This document shows, piece by piece, positions 1-7,134 of a stretch of 43,507 bases of DNA. The first letter of the stretch is position 1. Every line of letters begins with the position of its first letter. This DNA is from a virus, in the IMG/VR virus record IMGVR_UViG_3300032157_000022, positions 1-43,507 of that record; one strand, 5' to 3'. Below the pieces are notes generated by a model. That model was not told where the DNA came from and searched no databases. It saw only the letters and a list, made by a program, of their open reading frames with translations. The position numbers and the translations under genes were made by a program.

Positions 1-127
1 ATCGCCCGGCGTCTCGATCACTTCCCGGAATACCTTGAAGCCATCAGCCTCGCCTAGCCGATGTTCCCCGAGCTTGTCCTCAATCAGCCGCTTGGCTGAA
101 TCCTTCAGGCTCTTTTGGACTTCGCGA
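1..127. repeat. Exact copy of 43381..43507 (overlap of a circular molecule; unit length 43,380 bp)
   Basis: Base-by-base comparison: 1..127 is identical to 43381..43507. Confidence 0.95.
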
Positions 128-291
128 ATGCAGACCGAGCGAAGGCCCTTTTCGCAAAGACTATCCTCGATCAGGAGATCCGCGAAGAAGTGCGACTTGC
201 CAGAACCGCGGCCACCATATGCAGCCTTGTAGCGAGCAGGCTCTAGGAGGGGATCAAATACCTCAGCCGTCTGTATTTGGAGGACGGACAA
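1..291 (-). CDS. terL: Terminase large subunit, N-terminal 97 codons (same gene as 42379..43507; about 430 aa when joined across the junction)
   Basis: Minus frame reads ..FDPLLEPARYKAAYGGRGSGKSHFFADLLIE.. (Walker A GGRGSGKS). It is in frame with 42379..43401 through the repeat. The only canonical start upstream of Walker A is TTG at 291, with an in-frame TGA at 294..292. Confidence 0.85.
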   Translation of the reverse strand, partial: MSVLQIQTAEVFDPLLEPARYKAAYGGRGSGKSHFFADLLIEDSLCEKGLRSVCIREVQKSLKDSAKRLIEDKLGEHRLGEADGFKVFREVIETPGD

Positions 292-574
292 TCAAGCGCT
301 CAATTCTGTGAACGATGTTGATGGCCGGATCATCCTCATCTCCACCAATAATCGCCTGCGCTGGCTTTCCGTCCAGCCGGTCTGCAATGGCATTGATAGC
401 CGGCAAAGCTTTCTCGTCGTCCTTCTGGGCAAGGTTGATCAGGTTGCGAGCAATACCGCGCAAAGCCTTGTTGTCACCGCCAGCCGCGGCCAATTCCATG
501 CGCAAAGCGTCGGCAAACATGCGCTCTTTTGCGCGTCCGCCTGGATTTCCTGATTTACCCGGTTGAAATGCCAT
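263..574 (-). CDS. terS: Putative terminase small subunit (DUF5681-like)
   Basis: 103 aa. N-terminal FQPGKSGNPGGRAKE motif, typical of small proteins upstream of terL in alphaproteobacterial phages. Its 3' end overlaps the terL start. Confidence 0.6.
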   Translation of the reverse strand: MAFQPGKSGNPGGRAKERMFADALRMELAAAGGDNKALRGIARNLINLAQKDDEKALPAINAIADRLDGKPAQAIIGGDEDDPAINIVHRIERLIVRPPNTDG

Positions 575-600
575 TGCTCTGAATTATAACTCTTTCGGCC

Positions 601-780
601 CTAAGTTGATTTCTTGCCTTCGATCCTGTCCAGCCTGACGATGATCTTGCGCAACGCGTTAGCCCTGGATTCGTCGCCGCTTTGGATAAGTTCCGCGATG
701 TGACCACGTATGGACTTGAATCGGTTATCATCGTTCCAGCGCCGCGGTTCGACTTTCTCGGGCTTGGCTTCTTCTGCCAT
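601..780 (-). CDS. Hypothetical protein (59 aa)
   Basis: Internal ATG of ORF 601..1002 (MAEEAKPEK..). TGATG-coupled to a 17-codon upstream micro-ORF. The long N-terminal extension looks non-coding. Confidence 0.4.
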   Translation of the reverse strand: MAEEAKPEKVEPRRWNDDNRFKSIRGHIAELIQSGDESRANALRKIIVRLDRIEGKKST

Positions 781-1016
781 CAGCACGGCTTCGGCTTTGA
801 GGGCTTCGGGCGGGGCTTGGGTTTCTTGCTCATGGGATCTCCTACAGCGGATAGTTCTTCGCGCCGTATGCGGGCTTTGGGATGCGGCGCTTGATGGGCT
901 TGCGCATGGGAAAATCCTGTTGGCGGACACAAGCCGCCCGGCGGGTGAAGCGTTTCTAACCGGCCGCGTTGATCTCAAACTGATTTGTTCCGCTTCGTAC
1001 ATTCAAATCTCATTAA

Positions 1017-1214
1017 TCATGGCTTCATTACGCGGAGAAGTTTGGCCGAGATATCGAACGCTCTCCGATAGGTGGCATTCCCCCTCAGTGCCTCTAGCCT
1101 CTTCGCGGCCTCTTCAAGGGTCTGCCTTACGATTTCATCGCGGTCGATTTCGGTGAAACTCCTGCGAGGTGGGACGAAGGGCATCTGCTGGCCGATATCA
1201 AATTCACGGCTCAT
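1017..1214 (-). CDS. Hypothetical protein (65 aa)
   Basis: ORF track. ATGA overlap with the stop of the upstream NusG-like gene. Confidence 0.5.
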   Translation of the reverse strand: MSREFDIGQQMPFVPPRRSFTEIDRDEIVRQTLEEAAKRLEALRGNATYRRAFDISAKLLRVMKP

Positions 1215-1804
1215 GCAGCCCTCACGTTTTGCTCTCGCGTATAGAAGAAATCAGTTTTTCCCGGCGGCAGGAACTTGATCTTCCCGTTCTTCCTACCGCG
1301 GACGACTGTCAGGAGGTTTTCGAATTCGCCCTCCATGATGCGGATCAGGGCGCCGGCCGGAATTGGATTACGGCGGATCACAAGCTCCCCAGACTCGTCA
1401 ATAAACTCTCCCGTCTCATTGCTCACGAAGTCCCATTCCCCGCGCATCCAGCGCTCGCGGAAGCGATAAACGATCTCGGCGGGTATCCGGGCAGGCGCCC
1501 CGCTATCGCCCGTCAGGAGGGCTTCTACACCGTTTACGTTGCGGACTGCGTAGAACTCCCCGTCAGGGATCTCGACGAACACATAGCGGCCCAGGATCGG
1601 GTATTCCTTGGCCTTCTTGGTTCGGGCATGCGATACCCATTTGCGAAGCCGCGGCCAGAACGCTTGATATCCGATCGCGGCGAGCCCGCTTTCTGCCCGG
1701 CGGTGACAGTTTGGATTCGTTATCGCGATATACCAGTTGCTTGCCGGTATCCCCGTTCTGCGGATGTCTCGTTTGGTCATGTGCCCCTGCATTTTATGTT
1801 CCAT
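1211..1804 (-). CDS. NusG/RfaH-like transcription antitermination factor (NGN + KOW)
   Basis: NWYIAITNPNCHRRAESGLAAIGYQAFWP...ILGRYVFVEI...VRNVNGVEALL matches the NGN domain pattern. The C-terminal GALIRIMEGEFENLLTVV is KOW-like. The start may be ATG 1804 or 1780. Confidence 0.75.
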   Translation of the reverse strand: MEHKMQGHMTKRDIRRTGIPASNWYIAITNPNCHRRAESGLAAIGYQAFWPRLRKWVSHARTKKAKEYPILGRYVFVEIPDGEFYAVRNVNGVEALLTGDSGAPARIPAEIVYRFRERWMRGEWDFVSNETGEFIDESGELVIRRNPIPAGALIRIMEGEFENLLTVVRGRKNGKIKFLPPGKTDFFYTREQNVRAA

Positions 1805-1806
1805 TG

Positions 1807-2013
1807 CTATTCTTTGCCTGCCGCGGCGTACACAATTACCCCGAGGCAGAATACCATTCCGATCCAGCCAAATTGCACTATAATCGCCATACCCATCAGG
1901 GCCAATCCAGCAACCCAGAAGGCGAACCGATAACGCGTGTCTTCGTCGGCTTCGTTCAACGCGAGCTTGAGCCTCCGAACTGCATCTCTGGTATGTCCCA
2001 AGGTTTCGCTCAT
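1807..2013 (-). CDS. Small membrane protein (68 aa)
   Basis: ORF track. Hydrophobic C-terminal half (FWVAGLALMGMAIIVQFGWIGMVFCLGVIVYAAA). Confidence 0.55.
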   Translation of the reverse strand: MSETLGHTRDAVRRLKLALNEADEDTRYRFAFWVAGLALMGMAIIVQFGWIGMVFCLGVIVYAAAGKE

Positions 2014-2061
2014 CCTATTCCCCTTCAGGTTTCGGGTTGATCTTGCCGGCGCGGTAGTCGG

Positions 2062-2538
2062 CTAGCCGAATGATATTTCTGGCGTGCCTTCCCAGGCGAA
2101 GCGTGCAACCCACAAGCCGGCGCGGCCGTCCGATGCGCTCCCGTATTTCCACCACATGGGCTTGGCTTCCTTCGTCCACTCTTCGAGCCTTTCGTATCGG
2201 GGATGGCCTTCCGGAACGAAGATGGCCGCGAGGTATCCCGTCGGGCGGTCGCGCAACAGCGGCTCTGGCTGGCGTTCCTTTAAGGCCGGCCGCTGCTTGC
2301 GGAGCTTTTCCAGAAACGCCCGATGCTCGTCACACGCCTCAACGATCTCGCTGATCGTCGGGGGGAATTTGCTTCGGCGTTGAATGCCGGTTCGCGGGTC
2401 GCAAACGTATTTGATTACCTCGTCCGGGTATTGTTCGAGGATAGCACCCAGCTGCGTTTTGAAGCCGTCGATATCCGCGAACTGGTCAATTCGATAGGCG
2501 GAGAAAACTGCCAGCTGGCAACGAATTATCAGGGCCAT
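2062..2538 (-). CDS. Hypothetical protein (158 aa; alternative start at 2616)
   Basis: ORF track, trimmed to the ATG at 2538 to limit overlap with the upstream gene. No strong SD at either start. Confidence 0.45.
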   Translation of the reverse strand: MALIIRCQLAVFSAYRIDQFADIDGFKTQLGAILEQYPDEVIKYVCDPRTGIQRRSKFPPTISEIVEACDEHRAFLEKLRKQRPALKERQPEPLLRDRPTGYLAAIFVPEGHPRYERLEEWTKEAKPMWWKYGSASDGRAGLWVARFAWEGTPEISFG

Positions 2539-3388
2539 CCGACTGTTCGAGGGCCGCGAGGTCTCGGCGGAGGGAAGCCGTGAGACTGCCGCCGGATCGA
2601 TTTTGATTTGTTCCATGGGATACCGTGACCTTTTCTGCTTCTCGAATTTCGACTGTCGGGAGGTTTGGCGTCAGCTCGGCATGCGCTCGGGCTATCGCCT
2701 TCTCGAAGTATTTCAGCGTTCCGGGTGGATCTCCGTTGCGCGACTGCATCCCGCGCTTGACGCCGATCAGGATGCATTCCGAGCGCCAGTGTTCGTTGAA
2801 CCAGCCTTGGATCGTCAGAGGCGCGCCGACCGAAAGCGGGTGGTGAGGATCGAGCCCCATCGCCATCAGCACGTTGCTTGCTGTCTCGAAGGCTTCAGGG
2901 CTGATCAGTGATTTTGATTTCGCGGGCGCGCTTCCCTCCCCACTACCAATTTCCCTTTCCCCTTCCTTTCCCTTCCCTTCCACTTGGACTTGCACAAGAG
3001 GCGTGGTCGTCGCGTCACCCACGCGTGCGGCACGCGTCAAGCCATTGTTTTCGCTTGGCTCAGGTATCTCGGATGGCTTCTCCCTGTTGTTGATCACTTG
3101 GTGCTGTTGCCAGCTCGGAATGAGTCCGTATTCCTTACCATCCACCGCGTAACGCACGACCCACCCACGCGTCGTCAACGCGTCGAGCACGCGTGAAAAA
3201 TCTACTTCGTCGTGAGGAAGGCAATCGATCTTCAGTTCGCGCGGCTTCCACTTGAAACGACCCTCTCGATCGGCAGCAGTCCAGAGCCCTGCGAAAGCCA
3301 AGCGTAGCGGCAAGCCGCTTTCCTTCTCCGCGTCGTAGAGATCGGCGTGGCGGAAAAATTCCGGCTTTATGGTTCGGATGCGCGCCAA
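2486..3388 (-). CDS. Putative replication-initiation/DNA-binding protein (300 aa)
   Basis: TTG start 1 nt after the GapR stop gives the N-terminus ARIRTIKPEFFRHADL..GLWTAADREGRF, seen in phage replication-module proteins. Function is inferred from position only. Confidence 0.45.
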   Translation of the reverse strand: MARIRTIKPEFFRHADLYDAEKESGLPLRLAFAGLWTAADREGRFKWKPRELKIDCLPHDEVDFSRVLDALTTRGWVVRYAVDGKEYGLIPSWQQHQVINNREKPSEIPEPSENNGLTRAARVGDATTTPLVQVQVEGKGKEGEREIGSGEGSAPAKSKSLISPEAFETASNVLMAMGLDPHHPLSVGAPLTIQGWFNEHWRSECILIGVKRGMQSRNGDPPGTLKYFEKAIARAHAELTPNLPTVEIREAEKVTVSHGTNQNRSGGSLTASLRRDLAALEQSDGPDNSLPAGSFLRLSN

Positions 3389-3389
3389 T

Positions 3390-3668
3390 TCAGAGCATCC
3401 CCAGCGCTTGCATGTACATTTCCAGGATGGTTTCCTGCTCTTGGCGCGCGTTGGCGTCCTGCTTGCGCATTCGGACAATCGTCCGTAGCACCTTGACGTC
3501 GAAGCCATTTCCCTTGGCCTCGACATAGACATCGCGAACGTCGTCGGAGATGGTCTTTTTCTCCTCCTCCAGCCGCTCGATGCGCTCTATGATGGCCTTG
3601 AGCTGGTCTTTGGCGAATTTCGTCGCCGGCTCTTCCGCAGCTTCGCTGTTATGCCCGATTAGGCTCAT
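3390..3668 (-). CDS. gapR: GapR-like nucleoid-associated protein (DUF2312)
   Basis: [69 protein letters not shown] closely follows the Caulobacter GapR pattern ([23 protein letters not shown]). Confidence 0.85.
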   Translation of the reverse strand: MSLIGHNSEAAEEPATKFAKDQLKAIIERIERLEEEKKTISDDVRDVYVEAKGNGFDVKVLRTIVRMRKQDANARQEQETILEMYMQALGML

Positions 3669-4386
3669 GTTTCTGTTCCTCGTTTGGTGATGAGACTGGA
3701 ACGCGGTTTGAAATTGAATAATCGCTGGGCATTTCGAGGCGGCGCCGGCATGGCGGAATCCAAACCATCGGCCGCGGGCTCATGTTCGCCATCCAGACCA
3801 GCCAGCAATAAGCGGTGGCCGTGGATCCCGTCGCGGTTAGCCTTCCCTTGACCATGGGGACGCGCTCAGTGAACTGCGCCACGATGGTTGGGGGGTTGAG
3901 AGCGAATAGCCGCTCATAGCGTCCTACGCCCTCCAGAAACGCCGTGCGAACGATCATGGCCGTTCCCTTCCATCCCTTGATCTGGCGCGCACGCTCGATG
4001 AACTGCTCGGCAAGTCGGAACGGCGGATTGGTGATAATCCACTCGGCGCCAGCGGCTGCAATCGCCGGGCTCTCCGAACCGGGAAAGAGGAAATCGACGA
4101 CGCGATCCTGACACCAGTCGCCACTTTCCATGCTATAATCGTAAATATCGCTGGTGCGGACGTAGCCGAAATATTCCTGCAGGGGCTTTGCCATGTAGCC
4201 GCGGTTGCAAGCCGGTTCCCATACCGTCTGCAATTTCAGTTCACGGCGCGCAGACAACCCCATGTGCGGGATGATGACGTGCTCCATCAGTGCCCGTGTC
4301 GCCCATGGCTGGGTTGGGAAGTCGTCGAGAGAATCATGCGGCTCCGACCGCTGCTGCATGACGGCCGATGATGTGTTCTGGCTCAC
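3649..4386 (-). CDS. Putative DNA N6-adenine methyltransferase
   Basis: 245 aa. EPACNRGY (SAM-binding-like) followed by WIITNPPF (the NPPF catalytic motif of amino-methyltransferases). GTG start in a GTGA overlap with the upstream micro-ORF. Confidence 0.7.
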   Translation of the reverse strand: MSQNTSSAVMQQRSEPHDSLDDFPTQPWATRALMEHVIIPHMGLSARRELKLQTVWEPACNRGYMAKPLQEYFGYVRTSDIYDYSMESGDWCQDRVVDFLFPGSESPAIAAAGAEWIITNPPFRLAEQFIERARQIKGWKGTAMIVRTAFLEGVGRYERLFALNPPTIVAQFTERVPMVKGRLTATGSTATAYCWLVWMANMSPRPMVWIPPCRRRLEMPSDYSISNRVPVSSPNEEQKHEPNRA

Positions 4387-4523
4387 GCTCGCCCCCGTTT
4401 ACGCAGCACCTGGACGATCTCCAGCACCTTAACCTTGTGCCGGGCAGTGTCTCGGGATTGCGGCTTGGCCTTGCGAAGGGCTTGCCGGCGGGCTTTGAGA
4501 AGCGCGCGGAGGGGGATTTTCAT
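4383..4523 (-). CDS. Small basic protein (46 aa)
   Basis: MKIPLRALLKARRQALRKAKPQ... ATGA overlap upstream and GTGA overlap downstream. Below the ORF-track cutoff as a trimmed ORF. Confidence 0.4.
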   Translation of the reverse strand: MKIPLRALLKARRQALRKAKPQSRDTARHKVKVLEIVQVLRKRGRA

Positions 4524-5011
4524 GGTGATGCTCCCTGCGTTTTTTTGCCAAGTGCACTCTGCGAAAAAGGCGGATCTCCGAAAAACTCGGCCGTGATGTC
4601 GCGCTCGGCTTTCATCCTGCGTTCGCGGTCTTCCATGACATCCGGAGGAACCCATGCTCTCGGCTCCAGATCGATATGGATCTGCCTTCCTGGCTGGCGC
4701 AGTTGCTGGATTTTCGAGTATACCGACTGCAAATCCTTACCCATGAAGCTCGCGATCTGCCGCGCCTTGCGTCCCTCTTCGATCAAACCCTTAAGGGTTA
4801 TCTCTTCTTGTTCGGACCAGCGCGAGCCCTTGGCGTTTCGCTTTCGCTCACTCCGCGGAACGAGCTTTCTGTAACGGGCGCAACAGCCTTGATCTGTTCG
4901 CCCCAATCGCCCGGCGATATCTTTCCAGGCTAAGCCTGAAGATCGCATCTCAAGCATTCTACGGTCGTCTTCCGCATCCCAACCGTCCTTCCGACTCGCA
5001 GAATCGTGCAT
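4520..5011 (-). CDS. Double Myb/SANT (GcrA-like) HTH DNA-binding protein
   Basis: Two repeats: WDAEDDRRMLEMRSSGLAWKDIAGRLGRTDQGCCARYRKL and WSEQEEITLKGLIEEGRKARQIASFMGKDLQSVYSKIQQL. Confidence 0.65.
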   Translation of the reverse strand: MHDSASRKDGWDAEDDRRMLEMRSSGLAWKDIAGRLGRTDQGCCARYRKLVPRSERKRNAKGSRWSEQEEITLKGLIEEGRKARQIASFMGKDLQSVYSKIQQLRQPGRQIHIDLEPRAWVPPDVMEDRERRMKAERDITAEFFGDPPFSQSALGKKTQGASP

Positions 5012-5101
5012 TCCAAGCCCCTATTTGCTAAGTTCAAAATTATTGCTGCCCACCACCTGATGACTTTTTGCCGGAGTCGATGGCGGGCAGCGTTTCTGCC
5101 G

Positions 5102-5122
5102 GGATGGCAGAAATGGTGATGG
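5102..5122. other. 8-bp perfect hairpin (TTTCTGCC-GGGAT-GGCAGAAA) between the RNA ligase and Myb genes
   Basis: Read directly. No U-tract on either strand. Confidence 0.5.
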
Positions 5123-5133
5123 TGGGAGGCGGT

Positions 5134-5694
5134 TCATGCAGCCACAGCGCTCTTGCTCTTCGGCTCGTCATCCTTTTCAATCGTTTTCTTGAAAAGGATG
5201 TTGCCTTGCGGGTGGAAGATCACGATGCCCTCTGGTTTCATGAATCCAGGAGCGGCCACACTGCCGTTGCTTTGAAGGGTTGCTATCGCCTGCTTGACGC
5301 CCTTCATGACCCCATAATCTTCCATCGGACCGGAATAGAGCACCGGCACGACACTGCAGCACGCCGGCCGAATAGCGTCGTCTGACCAACGAGACGTATT
5401 GAACAGCGAGAAGATTTTGCGCGGCTGGGAATAGTTGCGTTGGATGCCTTGACCCCACCATTCGCCAAAGTGGTGGCCGACGCCGAGTTTCATCAACTCG
5501 GGCTTATTCGTTTCCACCCACTTGGCAAAGCCATAGTTGTCGTCTTGTGGGGTGATCCATCGCGTGCGACTTCCAACCATCACATCGCCGGTTTCAAGAA
5601 TGCAAATTGATGCATTGGTACCGTCAATCTTCTCGGTGATGATTACCTCACGCGAAAGGCGTGCTATCTTCGGAAACGGTTGAAACTCAGTCAT
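5134..5694 (-). CDS. Minimal ATP-dependent RNA ligase (PF09414-like nucleotidyltransferase domain only)
   Basis: Motif I EKIDGTN (KxDGxN), motif III-like FGEWWG, motif IV EGIVIF, motif V FKKTIEK. 186 aa. Confidence 0.7.
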   Translation of the reverse strand: MTEFQPFPKIARLSREVIITEKIDGTNASICILETGDVMVGSRTRWITPQDDNYGFAKWVETNKPELMKLGVGHHFGEWWGQGIQRNYSQPRKIFSLFNTSRWSDDAIRPACCSVVPVLYSGPMEDYGVMKGVKQAIATLQSNGSVAAPGFMKPEGIVIFHPQGNILFKKTIEKDDEPKSKSAVAA

Positions 5695-5699
5695 CTTTC

Positions 5700-6038
5700 C
5701 TACCCATCAGTCGTGTCCAAAAGAGCCTTAGCCGCGCGAACAGAATTGCTATCAGGCCCGGCGATTTCCTCGGTTCGCTTGATGTCATTTTCCAGCTTTC
5801 GCATTTGTGCCGCACACTCTGCGCGATAAGCCGCCCTGATGCTCTCGTAGACCGAGATGCTGATTATCCTGAGCCGGTCCCGGCGATATCTTAAGGACCA
5901 GAGGAAACCGTAATCGACTCCGTACTGACGTTCGATCTGGCGCATGGCGTTTTCAATGTCGCCTGGCCCTCTCGCTTTCATTCGCGTCAGGTCTTTCGAC
6001 CACGCGGCGGCCTGATCCAAATACGCAGCGTCACTCAT
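5700..6038 (-). CDS. Hypothetical protein (112 aa)
   Basis: ATG 6038 is preceded by AAGAGG. The ORF-track start at 6068 is a TTG inside a regulatory motif. Confidence 0.55.
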   Translation of the reverse strand: MSDAAYLDQAAAWSKDLTRMKARGPGDIENAMRQIERQYGVDYGFLWSLRYRRDRLRIISISVYESIRAAYRAECAAQMRKLENDIKRTEEIAGPDSNSVRAAKALLDTTDG

Positions 6039-6054
6039 TTTTGGCAGCCTCTTT

Positions 6055-6068
6055 TTGCGCACTTGCAA
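6055..6068 (-). promoter_or_regulatory. Operator/promoter-like motif TTGCAAGTGCGCAA (minus-strand reading)
   Basis: Near-identical to TTGCAAGTTGCGCAC (7513..7527) and TTGCAAGTTGTGCAA (7546..7560). Lies directly after the terminator T-tract and upstream of the 5700..6038 gene. Confidence 0.45.
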
Positions 6069-6100
6069 AACCCTCCATGATTATCTCGTTCCATGGAGGG
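6067..6100 (-). terminator. Rho-independent terminator inside the early minus-strand operon
   Basis: Minus strand: CCCTCCATG-(12 nt loop)-CATGGAGGG, a 9-bp perfect stem followed by TTTT. Confidence 0.6.
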
Positions 6101-6173
6101 AACACACGACAACGATGACGACGAACTCACATTCATCACGCTCTGCGCTGCAACGCGGAACGCAATCCGGTAC

Positions 6174-6374
6174 TTAGTGAAAGAACACCCACCAGATGAA
6201 AAAACCGAAACCACCAAGAGCGATGGGGAAGAACAAAGCCGCCAGCGCGAAACACATGGCGGCAAAATCTGCATCAAGTGATTCAGCGGCAGGTATGGAA
6301 TCGCGCGGCGCGTAAATGTCGCGCGTACTGGCCGGCGACATGCTCAGACCCCGAGGTGATCGCCGGCCAGTCAT
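6174..6374 (-). CDS. Small membrane protein (66 aa)
   Basis: ORF track. C-terminal FAAMCFALAALFFPIALGGFGFFIWWVFF. ATGA overlap with the upstream ORF. Confidence 0.5.
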   Translation of the reverse strand: MTGRRSPRGLSMSPASTRDIYAPRDSIPAAESLDADFAAMCFALAALFFPIALGGFGFFIWWVFFH

Positions 6375-6499
6375 GATCGTGACTCCACAGCCTCGACCTG
6401 AATGTCACCCTTTGCCACGGCGCGGCAGATGCGCCAGACCACGAACAGGATGTTGATATCGATCCAGATCAGGAGGGCTACTTCTGCAGATGCACTCAT
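6371..6499 (-). CDS. Small membrane protein (42 aa)
   Basis: MSASAEVALLIWIDINILFVVWRICRAVAKG... ATGA overlap with the upstream stop and an AAAGGTGGAAGC SD. Confidence 0.45.
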   Translation of the reverse strand: MSASAEVALLIWIDINILFVVWRICRAVAKGDIQVEAVESRS

Positions 6500-6762
6500 G
6501 CTTCCACCTTTGAGGGATTGAGCATTGCTGTGAAAATGGAGATGTCGGTTTTGCGTTCGATGATGGGGCGGAAGCGACGAGCGGCCCATCCGAGCGGATT
6601 GTGGTGATAGATTTCAGCTAACACTAACCCTGGCTGGGTAGCTCCCTGCGTAACATCAACCACGGTATAGATTTGACCAACCTTGGGCGGCGCAACGCCG
6701 TTATATGTCTGCCTCCGAAATTTGTAGATGCACTCAACCTTCTGCCCCACATGAAAGCTCAT
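6496..6762 (-). CDS. Hypothetical protein (88 aa)
   Basis: ORF 6496..6897 trimmed to the ATG at 6762, which is preceded by GGAGAA. The longer form would overlap the Cro-like gene. Confidence 0.55.
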   Translation of the reverse strand: MSFHVGQKVECIYKFRRQTYNGVAPPKVGQIYTVVDVTQGATQPGLVLAEIYHHNPLGWAARRFRPIIERKTDISIFTAMLNPSKVEA

Positions 6763-6802
6763 GCTGTTCTCCATGAAGTCGCTGGCACGAATTGGATGTT
6801 GT

Positions 6803-7039
6803 TCATGCCGCGCTCTCCGGTTCGGTGGAAAATACCGAGGCCAGATCGGGGCGAAGGTCGTGCGCTGAAATTCCGGTCTTCTTGGAAACCTCTTCAAGAC
6901 GGTCGGTCGGGATTTCTCCCAGCGCCCAGCGCGAAACAGTCGTCTTGTTGACCTCTAAGGCCTTGGCGAGGTCGGCCAGCCGCATATCGCGGGTGCCGAG
7001 CATCTTGGCTAAGCGGGTCTCATTGGCTTTGGCTTTCAT
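6803..7039 (-). CDS. Cro-like HTH regulator (78 aa), first gene of the minus-strand early/late unit
   Basis: LADLAKALEVNKTTVSRWALGEIP is a Cro/YdaS-type HTH. ATG at 7039. The ORF-track TTG start at 7057 lies inside the operator palindrome. Confidence 0.7.
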   Translation of the reverse strand: MKAKANETRLAKMLGTRDMRLADLAKALEVNKTTVSRWALGEIPTDRLEEVSKKTGISAHDLRPDLASVFSTEPESAA

Positions 7040-7046
7040 TCGTCTA

Positions 7047-7116
7047 TAGTTGCGCAACTAACAACTAATGTCAAGGCCTCTGGTTGCGCACCGCGCTAAC
7101 GACCTGGTTGCGACCT
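7047..7116. promoter_or_regulatory. Switch operators: perfect palindrome TAGTTGCGCAACTA (7047..7060) plus partial copies GGTTGCGCACC (7082..7092) and GGTTGCGACC (7106..7115)
   Basis: Read directly in the 95-bp divergent intergenic region between the two HTH genes. Confidence 0.6.
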
Positions 7117-7134
7117 CTTGTTAGCGTATGCGGG

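Noticed and set aside
1-127. Terminal repeat as a biological DTR, LTR or att duplication
   Set aside because: It is an exact 127-nt overlap lying inside the terL coding sequence and in phase with it. That fits an assembler overlap of a circular or permuted genome far better than a functional repeat.
601-1002. Full-length 133-aa version of the ORF upstream of terS
   Set aside because: The N-terminal 74 codons are Arg/Ser/Pro-rich and overlap better-supported micro-ORFs with SD sequences. Trimmed to 601..780.
5102-5122. 8-bp hairpin after the RNA ligase gene as an intrinsic terminator
   Set aside because: No U-tract on either strand. Kept only as an unexplained structure.
6035-6281. ORFs 6035..6277 (-) and 6093..6281 (+) in the early intergenic region
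   Set aside because: They span a terminator hairpin and an operator-like motif, overlap better ORFs, and have no start context.
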